From assembly GCA_035285545.1 (NCBI GenBank), contig JAYKGY010000150.1:37775-101774 (forward strand): a stretch of 64,000 nt of DNA. Reading direction: 5' to 3'. Below the pieces are notes generated by a model that saw nothing but the letters and a program-made list of their open reading frames with translations, was not told the origin of the DNA and made no database searches. The DNA is from Snowella sp. Its GTDB lineage: Bacteria; Cyanobacteriota; Cyanobacteriia; Cyanobacteriales; Microcystaceae. Both the position numbers and the translations under genes were made by a program. Positions 42,761-53,833 of this stretch are shown in pieces. The first letter of the stretch is position 1, and every line of letters begins with the position of its first letter.

Positions 42761-44167
42761 ATGCGTCGTTTTGGACAACTCTCGTTTTTACTATGTTTAT
42801 TGGCGTTGCCTCAAGGTCTTCAGGCGGCTCCCAAACCCGTAACTCCCAATTGCGATTGGATTGTGCAAGGGGCTAATCGCCGACCCTTTGGAACAACGGG
42901 AGAGATGGGGAAAACAGGGGAGCCTGGCCAAAATGGAGTAGATGCTGATAATGTGACGATTTTTGCGGATGGTTCACCTGTGACCTTGAATTTAGCGGGC
43001 AAAAATGGAGAGAGTGGGCAAGCCGGAGGAAACGCGATCTCGCCCAATTGTAGTAATCAACCCAATGTTGCTGAAAATTTAGTCGCACCGGATGGCAGTA
43101 ATGGCGGTAATGGAGGGAATGGTGGAGATGGCGGCAATGGCGGATCGATTAGTATTTATGCAACCAATGCTGCTTTTTTACGTAATATTTTGGTGAATGC
43201 GGCCGGAGGAAAAGGCGGTCAAGGCGGACAAGGGGGATTAGCGAGTGAGGGATGTAATTGTAGTAAATCCTATTGGACAGTAGAAAGTTGTTCCGGCGAT
43301 CGCGGTAGTTCTGATTTTCGGTGCACCACAAAAGAATTCCGCTGTTCTAACGGACGCAACGGGATTAATGGAACCCCTGGGCTATCAGGACGAGATGGAC
43401 AGCCAGGACGATTGACCTTACTGAATTTAAACAAACCCTTAGAACCCGATAGACCGTCTGCTTCGGTTACGATGGGAACCCTCAAGGATCAAGGCGTTAT
43501 TTTATCGAGAAATCGTTGGGAAACCCGCCGAGGCGCACAGCAACTTTTAGCCCCAGGATCGGTGATTGAGGACGAGTATCAATTTTTAACTGAACGCTTA
43601 GAACGAGGCTATTTATTAGTTTGGAATGCGCCCCAGTCCTTTAGTAATTTTGCTAATCGCAATTTAACCTTAAGTCTGGACGATCAACAGGAAATTCAAG
43701 CCACCCTTCCGCCGGATCTCTGGATTGAAGCAACGACCCAAAAACGCAATAATGTCACTGAATTTTTAGTTTATAACGCCATTTGGGCAAGCGATGCTAC
43801 CCGTTTAGGCAATGCAACGCTATTGGGGAATGGTCAAGCTCTCAGATTGACTTTTGTTGATCAAGCGAATCAGTCTAACTTAATTGCCACCAAGTTTCAA
43901 ATTAAATACAATATCACCCGTTCTGATCCCCGTTTTCGTCCCGTTTCGGATTATTCCACCAAGTATTCTGGCGAAGTGCCCGATGATTTGGTTACCCTCA
44001 AAGGCGATCGCTTTACGATTAATTTAGGCAAATTGCCCATTCCTGAAGAATATTTAAAACCTGGATTAGGGGTAGAAGTTGAAGTAGTCGCCAATCGTAG
44101 CTTTTCTAACTATTCAACCAGTCAGAAATTTTATGTTCGTGACTTGATTAGCCGCACAACTCGATAG
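42761..44167 (+). CDS. Secreted Gly-rich/collagen-like protein
   Basis: Signal peptide, G-X-Y tracts (GEMGKTGEPGQNG; GRNGINGTPGLSGRDGQPG) and a Cys-rich insert. Confidence 0.75.
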   Translation: MRRFGQLSFLLCLLALPQGLQAAPKPVTPNCDWIVQGANRRPFGTTGEMGKTGEPGQNGVDADNVTIFADGSPVTLNLAGKNGESGQAGGNAISPNCSNQPNVAENLVAPDGSNGGNGGNGGDGGNGGSISIYATNAAFLRNILVNAAGGKGGQGGQGGLASEGCNCSKSYWTVESCSGDRGSSDFRCTTKEFRCSNGRNGINGTPGLSGRDGQPGRLTLLNLNKPLEPDRPSASVTMGTLKDQGVILSRNRWETRRGAQQLLAPGSVIEDEYQFLTERLERGYLLVWNAPQSFSNFANRNLTLSLDDQQEIQATLPPDLWIEATTQKRNNVTEFLVYNAIWASDATRLGNATLLGNGQALRLTFVDQANQSNLIATKFQIKYNITRSDPRFRPVSDYSTKYSGEVPDDLVTLKGDRFTINLGKLPIPEEYLKPGLGVEVEVVANRSFSNYSTSQKFYVRDLISRTTR

Positions 44168-44266
44168 CAAAGGTTAAGACTGCTTGAGTAAACGGTTTCA
44201 CGCTTTTCTCCCTTGGCGATCCTTTGGCGATCGCTTTAAACTAGATAGAAGTGGTTAAGCTATCAA

Positions 44267-44341
44267 GGGTTACTAGCTCAATGGTAGAGCACTGGACTCT
44301 TAATCCATTGGTTCAGGGTTCGAGTCCCTGGTGACCCACCA
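44267..44341 (+). tRNA. tRNA-Lys(CTT) with encoded CCA
   Basis: GGGTTAC/GTGACCC acceptor stem, anticodon loop CT-CTT-AA, T-loop TTCGAGT. Confidence 0.95.
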
Positions 44342-44502
44342 ACTTAACCCTGCTTTAGCAAAGACTTAGGATAATCAAACACCATTGCCCGCATCTTCAT
44401 TAGCTCTGGACTGATTCTATACAAATTGTTCATTTTAGCTTCAAAAATCCTAAATTTTGCTAAAGGAATCTCCCTCACATACCTTACCCCCCACGAATCA
44501 TT

Positions 44503-44682
44503 ATGAAAGGCTTTAGAATTACTTTTTGGCTTTTCCAAGCCTGGTTTAAACATTTTTCCCAACCCAATCGCCCTTATTCTAAAAACTTTTGGCATTGGCT
44601 ATCAGCCGGAGCGTCTTTTGATCCGCCATTTCCTTGGGCCTATGCTGATTTTTGGACGACTGAGCCAACCTATCAGTCCTAA
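44503..44682 (+). CDS. Candidate 59-aa aromatic-rich small protein (not in the ORF track)
   Basis: MKGFRITFWLFQAWFKHFSQPNRPYSKNFWHWLSAGASFDPPFPWAYADFWTTEPTYQS, followed by a hairpin. Confidence 0.4.
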   Translation: MKGFRITFWLFQAWFKHFSQPNRPYSKNFWHWLSAGASFDPPFPWAYADFWTTEPTYQS

Positions 44683-44705
44683 TAACGATTAACCTTACTG
44701 AGATT

Positions 44706-44735
44706 AAAGACTGTTTGGAAGACCAGACAGCCTTT
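44706..44735. terminator. Hairpin, putative terminator
   Basis: AAAGACTGTTTGG-AAGA-CCAGACAGCCTTT. Confidence 0.5.
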
Positions 44736-45281
44736 ACTTAATGTTGAATAGAGGCGCGATCGCCATCTCAACAGAGATTTAGTGAACGAATCAAATAAAA
44801 TAGGATTCAATAACCGGAATGCCTCTCCTTAAACCACAGGATTTAATGGGTCACACAAGGATAGCTTTGCTTAGATTTGCTTACAAATTTTTCCAAACCT
44901 TGAAGAAATTTGCAACCATTGGCAGTAGACTATAGAATTTTTATGGAGAATTTGTGAAGACTCCGGTTGATCGACCCCCCATTACCGAAGATTCCGCGAT
45001 CGCGTTTTTTCGTCTGTCAAACCAATCAACAATGAAAAATTGACGACTCCCCCCGATTGCCAAATAAGCCAAATTTTTGATTATTAAGATCAGCCACCTA
45101 CCTCCCTGCTTACCTTAAAGCTGTGTTACATTTTGTAATAGATAGCTCATATCTCATCTATCGATAGCAGTGTCTATTCTCTAGGTGAGCCTGTCATAGT
45201 ACGCTTAAATAATTAAGTCTATCGACTCTTGATGGAGTCAATCCTGAAATAACCCACCATCCTTAGAGAAGTTTAGCTTCA

Positions 45282-45950
45282 ATGTTTTCAAAAGAAGTCA
45301 CCGAATCAAAACTATACCAATGGTTCAATGAACGTCTAGAAGTCCAAGCGATTTCTGATGACATTGCCAGCAAGTATGTTCCCCCGCACGTAAATATCTT
45401 TTACTGTCTAGGTGGACTCACCTTAACTTGCTTCCTGATCCAGTTTGCCACTGGATTTGCCATGACCTTTTATTACAAACCCACTGTAGCTGAAGCCTTT
45501 ACCTCCGTTCAATACATCATGAACGAAGTAAACTTCGGTTGGTTAATCCGTTCGATTCATCGTTGGTCTGCCAGCATGATGGTGCTAATGATGATCCTGC
45601 ACGTTTTCCGGGTTTACTTAACGGGTGGATTCAAAAAACCCCGTGAATTAACCTGGGTCGTTGGTGTAATGTTAGCCGTTACGACAGTTAGCTTTGGAGT
45701 AACCGGTTACTCTTTACCTTGGGATCAGGTCGGTTATTGGGCGGTTAATATCGTATCGGGTGTTCCTGCTGCTATTCCGGTGGTGGGCGATCAATTAGTA
45801 GAACTGATGCGAGGTAGCCAAAGCGTTGGTCAAGCCACCTTAACCCGTTTCTATAGCTTACATACCTTCGTTTTACCCTGGGTGATTGCAGTATTGCTCT
45901 TAACCCATTTTCTAATGATTCGTAAACAAGGTATTTCTGGCCCCTTATAA
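45282..45950 (+). CDS. petB: Cytochrome b6
   Basis: [26 protein letters not shown] and GYSLPWDQ motifs. Confidence 0.99.
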   Translation: MFSKEVTESKLYQWFNERLEVQAISDDIASKYVPPHVNIFYCLGGLTLTCFLIQFATGFAMTFYYKPTVAEAFTSVQYIMNEVNFGWLIRSIHRWSASMMVLMMILHVFRVYLTGGFKKPRELTWVVGVMLAVTTVSFGVTGYSLPWDQVGYWAVNIVSGVPAAIPVVGDQLVELMRGSQSVGQATLTRFYSLHTFVLPWVIAVLLLTHFLMIRKQGISGPL

Positions 45951-46077
45951 ATGGATGTTGAATTGGACAGTTAAATTTTAAAACCGTGATTAAATTTTGT
46001 GATTAATCATTGCGTTTTTAAGGCTGCCCAAATTTTCATTTTTCCGTCGATTTCCACCTGTATAGGAGAATTCTCTG

Positions 46078-46560
46078 ATGAGCATCATCAAAAAACCCGA
46101 TCTGAGTGATCCCGATTTAAGAGCCAAATTGGCCAAGGGAATGGGTCACAACTACTACGGCGAACCCGCTTGGCCCAATGACATCCTTTATATGTTCCCA
46201 ATTTGTATTATGGGAGCAATTGGATTAGTTACAGGTTTAGCAATTTTAGACCCCGCCTTGATTGGTGAACCGGCTAACCCGTTTGCAACGCCCTTGGAAA
46301 TTTTACCTGAATGGTATTTATACCCTACTTTCCAAATGCTCCGTGTGTTACCCAATAAATTGTTAGGAATTGCGGGCATGGCATCCATTCCTCTTGGTTT
46401 AATGTTGGTGCCCTTTATTGAAAGTATCAATAAGTTTCAAAACCCTTTCCGTCGCCCCATTGCCATGACTGTTTTCCTCTTTGGAACTGCCGTTACGCTT
46501 TGGTTAGGTGCGGGTGCCATTTTCCCCATCGATAAATCTTTAACGTTAGGTTTGTTCTAG
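46078..46560 (+). CDS. petD: Cytochrome b6f subunit IV
   Basis: [21 protein letters not shown] and NPFRRP motifs. Confidence 0.99.
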   Translation: MSIIKKPDLSDPDLRAKLAKGMGHNYYGEPAWPNDILYMFPICIMGAIGLVTGLAILDPALIGEPANPFATPLEILPEWYLYPTFQMLRVLPNKLLGIAGMASIPLGLMLVPFIESINKFQNPFRRPIAMTVFLFGTAVTLWLGAGAIFPIDKSLTLGLF

Positions 46561-46581
46561 GACTCAGCCTAAGATTAATCT

Positions 46582-46611
46582 GGCTCCTATACGTTGGTGT
46601 AGGAGTTTTTT
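46582..46611 (+). terminator. Intrinsic terminator of petBD
   Basis: GGCTCCTATAC-GTTG-GTGTAGGAGTT followed by a T-run. Confidence 0.85.
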
Positions 46612-46814
46612 GTTGTTGAGAAATCAAAAACGGGAGTTTAGCATAAGCGACACGGACTAAAAAATCAAGAACGCTGTTCAACCCCTTTAGACTTTTTTGT
46701 AACTGTATCATATTTGCATTTGTAACGGATAGATACCCAAAATCATACCAACGAAACAAAACAAGGTTGAATCAATAGAAAAAAGAGAAAATTTTGATAA
46801 CTTTTGATAACTAT

Positions 46815-47912
46815 TCAGAGAATTGAGCAGCGTGCCGTTGGCAAAATTAACATGGCATCGCCAAAGGAATAAAACCGATATTTTTCTTGGATGGCCTCTT
46901 CATAAAGACTCAGTAGGCGTTCCCGACCAATTAAGGCACTCACTAACATCATCAGGCTAGATTTCGGCAAATGGAAATTGGTGATTAAACCTTCTACAAT
47001 TTGCCATTGATAGCCAGGGTAAATGAACATATTAGTCTTACCGCGATAAGCCGCAAACGCTTCGGGGAAATGGGCATGGGCTGCACCTTCTAAGGCACGA
47101 ACTACGGTTGTTCCGACGGCAATCACTCGCCCCCCTTGTGTTTTGGTTTCTCGAATTTTTTCTACTGTTTCTGGCGGGACTTCAATCCATTCTTGGTGCA
47201 TGAGATGTTCGGTAATATTTTCTACCTCAACAGGGCGAAAGGTTCCGACCCCAACGTGTAAGGTTATCTGTGCAGTCTGGATCCCCTTGGCGGCTAATTT
47301 ATCAAACACTTCATCGGTAAAATGTAAGCCGGCTGTGGGGGCTGCAACGGCTCCTGGTTGCTGGGCATAAATTGTTTGATATTGATCGGGTTGGGCTTCC
47401 GATTCGGTCACGTAGGGGGGAAAAGGAATATGGCCAAACTGGTCTAAAACTTCCCAAAAGCTAGCTCCCGAAGAGGTCGAAAATTGAAGAATGCGTCCGC
47501 CTGTTTCTTCATCTCGTTTTAGTACCTTGGCAGTTAAGGTCACATGAGGGTCGATCGCGTCGATCTGGGCAGGGTGAAAAAGAATCTCAGAACCAATTTT
47601 TAAGCGTTTTCCTGGCTTTACCAAGGCTAACCAACAATTCGGCGATCGCTCCTCTAAGAGTAAGATTTCAACGGGGGTTCCGGTAGATTTATGACCATAC
47701 AAACGAGCAGGAATTACCTTGGTATTATTTAAAACCAGTAAATCATTCGGCTCTAGCCATTGGGGTAACTCATAAAATCGCTGATGACAATGGGAGGTTG
47801 GAGATTGAACCACCAATAAACGGGAGCTATCTCTAGGAACGACGGGTGTTTGGGCAATGAGTTCAGGCGGCAGCGTATAGTCGTAGCTGGATAGGTATTG
47901 GTTCGGGTTCAT
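46815..47912 (-). CDS. queA: SAM:tRNA ribosyltransferase-isomerase
   Basis: [37 protein letters not shown] and YRFYSFGDA motifs. Confidence 0.97.
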   Translation of the reverse strand: MNPNQYLSSYDYTLPPELIAQTPVVPRDSSRLLVVQSPTSHCHQRFYELPQWLEPNDLLVLNNTKVIPARLYGHKSTGTPVEILLLEERSPNCWLALVKPGKRLKIGSEILFHPAQIDAIDPHVTLTAKVLKRDEETGGRILQFSTSSGASFWEVLDQFGHIPFPPYVTESEAQPDQYQTIYAQQPGAVAAPTAGLHFTDEVFDKLAAKGIQTAQITLHVGVGTFRPVEVENITEHLMHQEWIEVPPETVEKIRETKTQGGRVIAVGTTVVRALEGAAHAHFPEAFAAYRGKTNMFIYPGYQWQIVEGLITNFHLPKSSLMMLVSALIGRERLLSLYEEAIQEKYRFYSFGDAMLILPTARCSIL

Positions 47913-47930
47913 TTCAACTCAAGGAAAATA

Positions 47931-48074
47931 GCTAGTTTGGGATGAGGCTGAGAGCTTCGCAGAATCCAGTGTAATGCACTTTAAAATGAATGCCAGTCTG
48001 TCCCTGCGCCCCATCGACTGATGGTTGAGTTAAATAGTTTCTTGTCTGCGATGGATCAGCCTTCTCTAACTAGC
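47931..48074 (+). ncRNA. Long nested stem-loop (candidate RNA element or MITE) between queA and argB
   Basis: Outer arms GCTAGTTTGGGATGAGGCTGA/TCAGCCTTCTCTAACTAGC; inner stems TCGCAGA/TCTGCGA and CCATC/GATGG. Confidence 0.4.
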
Positions 48075-48208
48075 AACTCTAAATTTAGAAAATCAATAGT
48101 GACGGTTTAATTTAATAGGGAACTGTTAATAATGAACAGAATAACAGGGTCAATCCTCCCTTAAACTAAGAGTCTGCGTTTCTAGCAACTTTAACAACCT
48201 GATAAATT

Positions 48209-49099
48209 ATGAGCAATACCAGTGATTTCATCGCCCAGGAAGCGACTGCCAGAGTCCGTATTCTGAGTGAAGCTCTACCCTATATTCAACATTTTGCCGG
48301 ACGTACCGTTGTCATCAAGTATGGTGGGGCAGCGATGAAAGACAGTTCACTCAAGGATAAGGTGATTCGCGATATTGTCTTTATGGCTTCGGTGGGAATT
48401 CGTCCTGTCGTGATTCATGGTGGTGGCCCAGAAATCAATAGCTGGTTGGATAAACTGGGAATTGAGGCAAAATTTAAAGATGGGTTACGGGTAACGGATG
48501 CCCCCACAATGGATGTGGTGGAAATGGTGTTAGTGGGTCGTGTCAATAAAGAATTGGTTTCTCTAATTAATCAAGCAGGCGGATTAGCAGTGGGTCTGTG
48601 CGGGAAGGATGGAAATTTAGTAACGGCTCGCCGCATTGAAAATAAAGATATTGGTTATGTGGGGGAGGTCAGTAGTGTTAATCCCCGCTTGGTAGATTCT
48701 TTGGCAAAAAATAATTATATTCCCGTCATTTCCAGTGTAGCGGCCGATGAAACAGGGCAAGCTCATAATATTAATGCAGATACCTTTGCAGGGGAAATTG
48801 CGGCCGCTTTAGGGGCTGAAAAATTAATTTTATTAACGGATACCCGTGGTATTTTACGGGATTACAAAGATCCGTCTACCTTGATCACAAAACTGGATAT
48901 TGCTCAAGCACGTCAGTTAATTCAAGAGGGCGTAGTTGCCGGAGGGATGATCCCAAAAGTGAATTGTTGTGTGCGATCGCTGGCTCAGGGGGTGAAAGCA
49001 GCCCATATTATTGACGGACGTTTACCCCATGCTTTGTTGCTAGAGGTTTTTAGTGATTTGGGAATTGGTTCGATGATTGTGGGGTCTAGCTTGTATTAG
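48209..49099 (+). CDS. argB: Acetylglutamate kinase
   Basis: [23 protein letters not shown] and GGMIPK motifs. Confidence 0.97.
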   Translation: MSNTSDFIAQEATARVRILSEALPYIQHFAGRTVVIKYGGAAMKDSSLKDKVIRDIVFMASVGIRPVVIHGGGPEINSWLDKLGIEAKFKDGLRVTDAPTMDVVEMVLVGRVNKELVSLINQAGGLAVGLCGKDGNLVTARRIENKDIGYVGEVSSVNPRLVDSLAKNNYIPVISSVAADETGQAHNINADTFAGEIAAALGAEKLILLTDTRGILRDYKDPSTLITKLDIAQARQLIQEGVVAGGMIPKVNCCVRSLAQGVKAAHIIDGRLPHALLLEVFSDLGIGSMIVGSSLY

Positions 49100-49206
49100 A
49101 TTAAAAGACAATGGGCGATTGCGTGATCTGATGTCGGGTTAGTCGGCGATCGCTCAACTTTTTCCGGTTGCAATCACTTTTTTCACATTTCAATAAACGT
49201 GATTAA

Positions 49207-49779
49207 CTACCAAACTAACGCTAAGTCCAGCGTAAATAGGGGTAAAACATCTTCGCCGGATAGATTTAAGGGATTTTGTAAAATTTCTACTGTTTTGCCT
49301 AGACGATAAATTTCTACTGATCGATCTTGACGATTAATTAACCACCCCAATCGAGTCCCATTTTCTCGGTATTCCCCCATCTTTTCTTGAAGAATTTTTA
49401 AGTTATCCGTTTTGGAACGTAATTCAATCACAAAATCAGGACACAGGGGAACTAATCCTTGGCGTTGTTCAGAGGTCAACGCATTCCATTTTTCTAGGGG
49501 AATCCAAGCCGCATCGGGAGATTTATCCGAGCCATTAGGCAGTTTAAACCCTGTGGAAGAATCAAACGCAATGCCGAGGGAGTTGGTGCGGCTCCAAGCT
49601 TGTAGTTGATAAGCAATTTCTAAATTACGGTTGCCCGTTTCTCCTCCTGTTGGGGACATGATAATTAAATCTCCTTGGCAATTTCTTTCAAACCGTAGAT
49701 CACGGTTGTTTTGACATAACTGAAAAAATTGCTCATCAGATAACGCTAACGGATCGAGCTTAATGGTTAGAGGATTCAT
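49207..49779 (-). CDS. Uma2 family endonuclease
   Basis: FDSSTGF.LP.G...SPDAAW, PDFVIELRS and LGWLI motifs. Confidence 0.92.
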   Translation of the reverse strand: MNPLTIKLDPLALSDEQFFQLCQNNRDLRFERNCQGDLIIMSPTGGETGNRNLEIAYQLQAWSRTNSLGIAFDSSTGFKLPNGSDKSPDAAWIPLEKWNALTSEQRQGLVPLCPDFVIELRSKTDNLKILQEKMGEYRENGTRLGWLINRQDRSVEIYRLGKTVEILQNPLNLSGEDVLPLFTLDLALVW

Positions 49780-49879
49780 GGTTTTTCCTCTTTATTCTGG
49801 GATGACGGCATTGGCTCAAGTCTAACATAACGCCTAAATGAGCGCGATCGCCCTTTTGTGTAGCTAAAATCCTTAAAAT

Positions 49880-50353
49880 TCAATGATAAATTTCTAAATG
49901 CAAAACGTAATGCCCCAAACAGACTTTTCCTGTCCAGAGTTCATACTCAATCCGGAGAAATTCCGGCAGAGGATGACCCGTTAAGGTCAAATCGCGGGTA
50001 AAGTTGCGTAAACGGAAGGAATTACTCAAATGCTGATTTTCTTCATTGAGCCAATAGCGACTGATACCATAAACCCCCTTTTCCCAAAAATGACGGTAGG
50101 AAAATTGATGATTGCCCTGTAACGTCAAAATCACGCGGGATGAAGATAATTCCAACCAGAGTAATTGGCGAGAATGGGGAGAATCCAACAAAGGGTGAGT
50201 TTTGGGAATTTCCTCTTTAGCGGGATTAAATAACAGATGAAAGCGTCCCTGTTCTTTTTCGTAGAGAGTAGCCGCCGTTTCAATGGTGGAGAGGATAGGC
50301 AAGTCTGTTGAGATCAACGATAAACAAACGGGCCGTTGGTGGTGAGTCAGCAT
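49880..50353 (-). CDS. Conserved cyanobacterial hypothetical protein
   Basis: LLWLELS..RV..T.QG....SYRHFW..GVYG.SRYWL...LRNFTR pattern. Confidence 0.65.
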   Translation of the reverse strand: MLTHHQRPVCLSLISTDLPILSTIETAATLYEKEQGRFHLLFNPAKEEIPKTHPLLDSPHSRQLLWLELSSSRVILTLQGNHQFSYRHFWEKGVYGISRYWLNEENQHLSNSFRLRNFTRDLTLTGHPLPEFLRIEYELWTGKVCLGHYVLHLEIYH

Positions 50354-50505
50354 GGCGCATGAGGGAGAAGATTCCTATTCTCTAGGATAGAACTCGATGG
50401 CGATCGCCGCCAATACCTTAAGATTTGGCCAGTTAAAAATTTTTTTAAGAAAAGACTTGCGAAGAGGCTCATAGTGTTGTTAAGATTAACAATTGTGATG
50501 AGCAA

Positions 50506-50577
50506 TCCTCGATAGCTCAGCGGTAGAGCGGTCGGCTGTTAACCGATTGGTCGTAGGTTCGAATCCTACTCGGGGAG
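50506..50577 (+). tRNA. tRNA-Asn(GTT)
   Basis: TCCTCGA/TCGGGGA acceptor stem, anticodon loop CT-GTT-AA, T-loop TTCGAAT. Confidence 0.97.
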
Positions 50578-50658
50578 TTTAAACAAAAATCAATCAAGAT
50601 ACCAGAAAATCGTTATAATCTTGTAAAGATTCTGTTGTCTTGAACCTATTTTTCCGAT

Positions 50659-51021
50659 ATGTTAACTAAATCCACCACTCGTCATGTTCGTATTTTTACT
50701 GCGGAAGTTAAGGGCAGTGAACTGGTTCCGAGCGATAACGTCCTGACTTTGGACATTGATCCAGATAACGAGTTTAATTGGACTGAAGATACGTTACAAA
50801 AAGTCTATCGCCAGTTTGACGATTTAGTGGAATCCTATAGCGGTCAAGATTTAAGCGAATATAATTTACGCCGCATTGGTTCAGATTTAGAGCATTTTAT
50901 CCAAAATCTTTTACAAAAAGGGGAAATTAGCTACAACCTCCATAGCCGTGTCCTGAATTACAGTATGGGATTACCTAAAGTTGAAAATCCTGAAACAGAC
51001 GGCAAATTTCAACTGGCTTAA
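50659..51021 (+). CDS. ndhM: NDH-1 subunit M
   Basis: [24 protein letters not shown] and [11 protein letters not shown] motifs. Confidence 0.95.
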   Translation: MLTKSTTRHVRIFTAEVKGSELVPSDNVLTLDIDPDNEFNWTEDTLQKVYRQFDDLVESYSGQDLSEYNLRRIGSDLEHFIQNLLQKGEISYNLHSRVLNYSMGLPKVENPETDGKFQLA

Positions 51022-51484
51022 TTTAGCGGTTGATAGTTAACCCTGTTTTAGTCGTTCATTGATGTAATTCAGCGATCGCTTTAGGAACTCCCTTTTTGAG
51101 GGAAACGAAAATGCCCCTCCTAAAAGATTTTCAGAAAATTGAGATTAATTAAAGCCTTAAGGTTTTTAGTTTTGAATAAACTCTTATTTTCTCTGATTAT
51201 CTAACGCTTATCTTTGTAAATTCAGTTTTTTGTTTAAAAATTGACCCTAAGAAAGAAAGCGATCGCACCAAAATTCTGCTTTAGAAAAGAGCCAGAATGC
51301 GAGCATCAGGAATTAAGGTTATAATTACTTTCTTTAACTTAATCCTAAATTAATCGTAAATGCAAAGTCTAAGCCGACGAGCTAAACAATTAACTCCAGT
51401 GGATTCAGCCCTAGAAAAACTTAATTGTTTTCTGTTGGGGAAAAACCGAACCCGCTTAGACTCAAACCCTTATTAACGAACCGA

Positions 51485-52873
51485 ATGGACAGTTTGCTTT
51501 GGCAATTATTGTTAGTTTTTCTTTTAATTGCTATTAATGCGTTTTTTGTTACGGCAGAATTTTCAATCGTAACGGTACGGCGATCGCGGATTAACCAGTT
51601 AGCAGAAGCCGGTGATATCCCCGCCCAACGAGTCAAATCGCTCAAGCGACGATTAGATAAGTTACTAGCGACTACCCAATTAGGGATTTCCTTGGCGGTT
51701 TTAAGTTTAGGTTGGCTAGGGACAAAAACGATTTATGAAATAACCCAGTCTTTGTTGGCTGCATTTTCCTTTAATCCCCTTGACTATGACTGGATCGCGC
51801 ATGGTGTCGCCCTCCCCACGACTTTTATCCTGATCGCCTATTTACAAATTGTTCTGGGAGAATTAGTCCCGAAGTCCTTGGCTTTCCTCTACGCAGAGCA
51901 ACTTTCTCGCAAGCTAACCCCTATTATTAACGCGATCGCCAAAATTCTTCATCCCCTCATTTGGTTGCTGGATCAATCCACTAAAACCCTGTTAGGGCTA
52001 GGGGGCGTAAAAATGGAGCGGAACAATTGGCATGAGCGCGTCACCTCGGAAGAATTGCAACTGATGATTTCCACCGATGTAGAATCCACTGGACTCGATC
52101 ATTCAGAACGCACCATTCTCAACAATATTTTTGAATTTGGGGATGTTACCGCCGCCGAAATTATGATTCCCCGCCATCAGGTTGCAACTTTATCGGAAAG
52201 TGCCACGTTTACCGATTTATTGGAAGCGATAAACCTCCATAAACATTCTCGTTATCCCATTAAAGGCGAATCCTTAGACGATATTCTGGGCATTATTGAT
52301 TTTAAGGAGTTGGCTATTCCGTTGAGTCGAGGTCAGCTAAGCTCCGATACGCCGCTTAAACCATGGATTAAGCCTATTCGTTTTGTTCCCGAAAGTGCTG
52401 CCCTCAGCGATCTCTTAACCATGATGCAGCGATCGCAGTTGAAAACCGTCATGGTAGTCGATGAATTTGGAGGAACTTGCGGCCTGATTACCCTAGAAGA
52501 TCTCGTGGAAGAAATTTTGGGTGATTCAGCCCCCGAAGAAAATGACGATAACGACGAGGCAACCATCCTAGAAATGATTGATGCTGATACTTTTTTAGTT
52601 GAAGCTCAAATTAATGTCGAAGAATTAAACGAAGTTCTTAACTTAAATCTACCGTTGTTAGATGATTATCAAACCTTAGGTGGATTTCTATTATACGAAT
52701 GGCAAAAAATTCCTACCCAAGGAGAAAGTTTAACCTATAAAAATTTAACATTTACCCTAGAAACTGTCCAAGGGCCGAAATTAGAGATAATTCGTATTCA
52801 TCGTTCTTTGCCAGCCCCTTCTCAATCTCAGCATTCAATGGAAGAAACCATAGAATTAACCCCTGTTCTGTAA
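51485..52873 (+). CDS. Hemolysin/CNNM (CorB/TlyC) family membrane protein
   Basis: NAFFV.AEFS, TQLGIS, GELVPKS, a CBS pair (VVDEFGG) and a CorC domain. Confidence 0.9.
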   Translation: MDSLLWQLLLVFLLIAINAFFVTAEFSIVTVRRSRINQLAEAGDIPAQRVKSLKRRLDKLLATTQLGISLAVLSLGWLGTKTIYEITQSLLAAFSFNPLDYDWIAHGVALPTTFILIAYLQIVLGELVPKSLAFLYAEQLSRKLTPIINAIAKILHPLIWLLDQSTKTLLGLGGVKMERNNWHERVTSEELQLMISTDVESTGLDHSERTILNNIFEFGDVTAAEIMIPRHQVATLSESATFTDLLEAINLHKHSRYPIKGESLDDILGIIDFKELAIPLSRGQLSSDTPLKPWIKPIRFVPESAALSDLLTMMQRSQLKTVMVVDEFGGTCGLITLEDLVEEILGDSAPEENDDNDEATILEMIDADTFLVEAQINVEELNEVLNLNLPLLDDYQTLGGFLLYEWQKIPTQGESLTYKNLTFTLETVQGPKLEIIRIHRSLPAPSQSQHSMEETIELTPVL

Positions 52874-53128
52874 ATTTGTATCCCTTGCCTATAAACGGTT
52901 TGATTAAGGTTAAATTGATTGCAAAACAAGATTTTTATTTCACTCTATAAAACAATTGAAATGGATTTTTAAATTCCTTTAGCGGCTTATTAAATAATGA
53001 AAAGATGAATTAGGACATTTTAAATAGTGCCCTATTAACTTGAGGAGTATGACTAATGAATGAGGCTAGCAAATTTAATGCTCGTAATACTGTAAGTTAT
53101 AGCGTTTTATAAATTTGGAATAAAGTCT

Positions 53129-53737
53129 ATGACCTTAAAAAGTATTACTTTAATGACTGGATTTTTAATATCTGGCGTAATTTTGACCGAATCGTTAACT
53201 CCTGCTCAGGCTGCCACCATTGGTCAGTTATCTTTAGGAGAAAACAATACGGTTATCGATAGTGACCAAAACTTAGTTTGGCTCAAATTAACGGAGTCAG
53301 TCAATAAATCCATTAACGACATTATTGCGAATCCTAGCCGTGACGGTTATCGTTTAGCCACAGGGGCTGAAGTGACTAGGCTCTTTAGTGGATTGGTCAA
53401 TAATGATGCGGCTCGATTCAGCGAGTTATTTGGGAAAACCTTCAATCTAGGGATTACTTCCCTCTCGGTTGGTCTTTATTCTCCTGATGATTCAACAACA
53501 ACCGCGATCGCCGGAGCCTACAATTTCTCCTTTGGCAATGTTGGGTTTGGGGGTTTAGTAGACCCAACAAACTTAGGCTCTTTTAATGATCAAGCCGTGC
53601 CCTTTGCAGGAGTCTTTCAAGTACAACCCGTCCCCGAACCGATTACCATTATTGGCTCAGGGATTGCCTTAGGTTTTGGGGCAACCTTAAAACGTAAGTT
53701 AGGGAAAAAGACCCTAAACAAATCTAAACCCGCTTAA
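53129..53737 (+). CDS. PEP-CTERM exosortase-target surface protein
   Basis: Signal peptide AQA and C-terminal VPEP + TM + basic tail (VPEPITIIGSGIALGFGATLKRK). Confidence 0.9.
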   Translation: MTLKSITLMTGFLISGVILTESLTPAQAATIGQLSLGENNTVIDSDQNLVWLKLTESVNKSINDIIANPSRDGYRLATGAEVTRLFSGLVNNDAARFSELFGKTFNLGITSLSVGLYSPDDSTTTAIAGAYNFSFGNVGFGGLVDPTNLGSFNDQAVPFAGVFQVQPVPEPITIIGSGIALGFGATLKRKLGKKTLNKSKPA

Positions 53738-53772
53738 ACACCATTAACTACTCAGACGAACCATCAATAGGG

Positions 53773-53823
53773 ATGCAGTCTCCCCTTTTTTGGAAAAATA
53801 TCTAAAAAACAAGGAGATTGTAT
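53773..53823. terminator. Inverted repeat between convergent genes
   Basis: ATGCAGTCTCC...GGAGATTGTAT followed by a T-run. Confidence 0.5.
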
Positions 53824-53833
53824 CTTTTTTTGT

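Noticed and set aside
44342..45281. Possible prophage or island integrated at tRNA-Lys
   Set aside because: No integrase, and no duplicated tRNA 3' end (att) seen in the window.
46792..46811. Direct repeat TTTTGATAAC x2
   Set aside because: A simple AT-rich duplication between convergent genes with no functional support.
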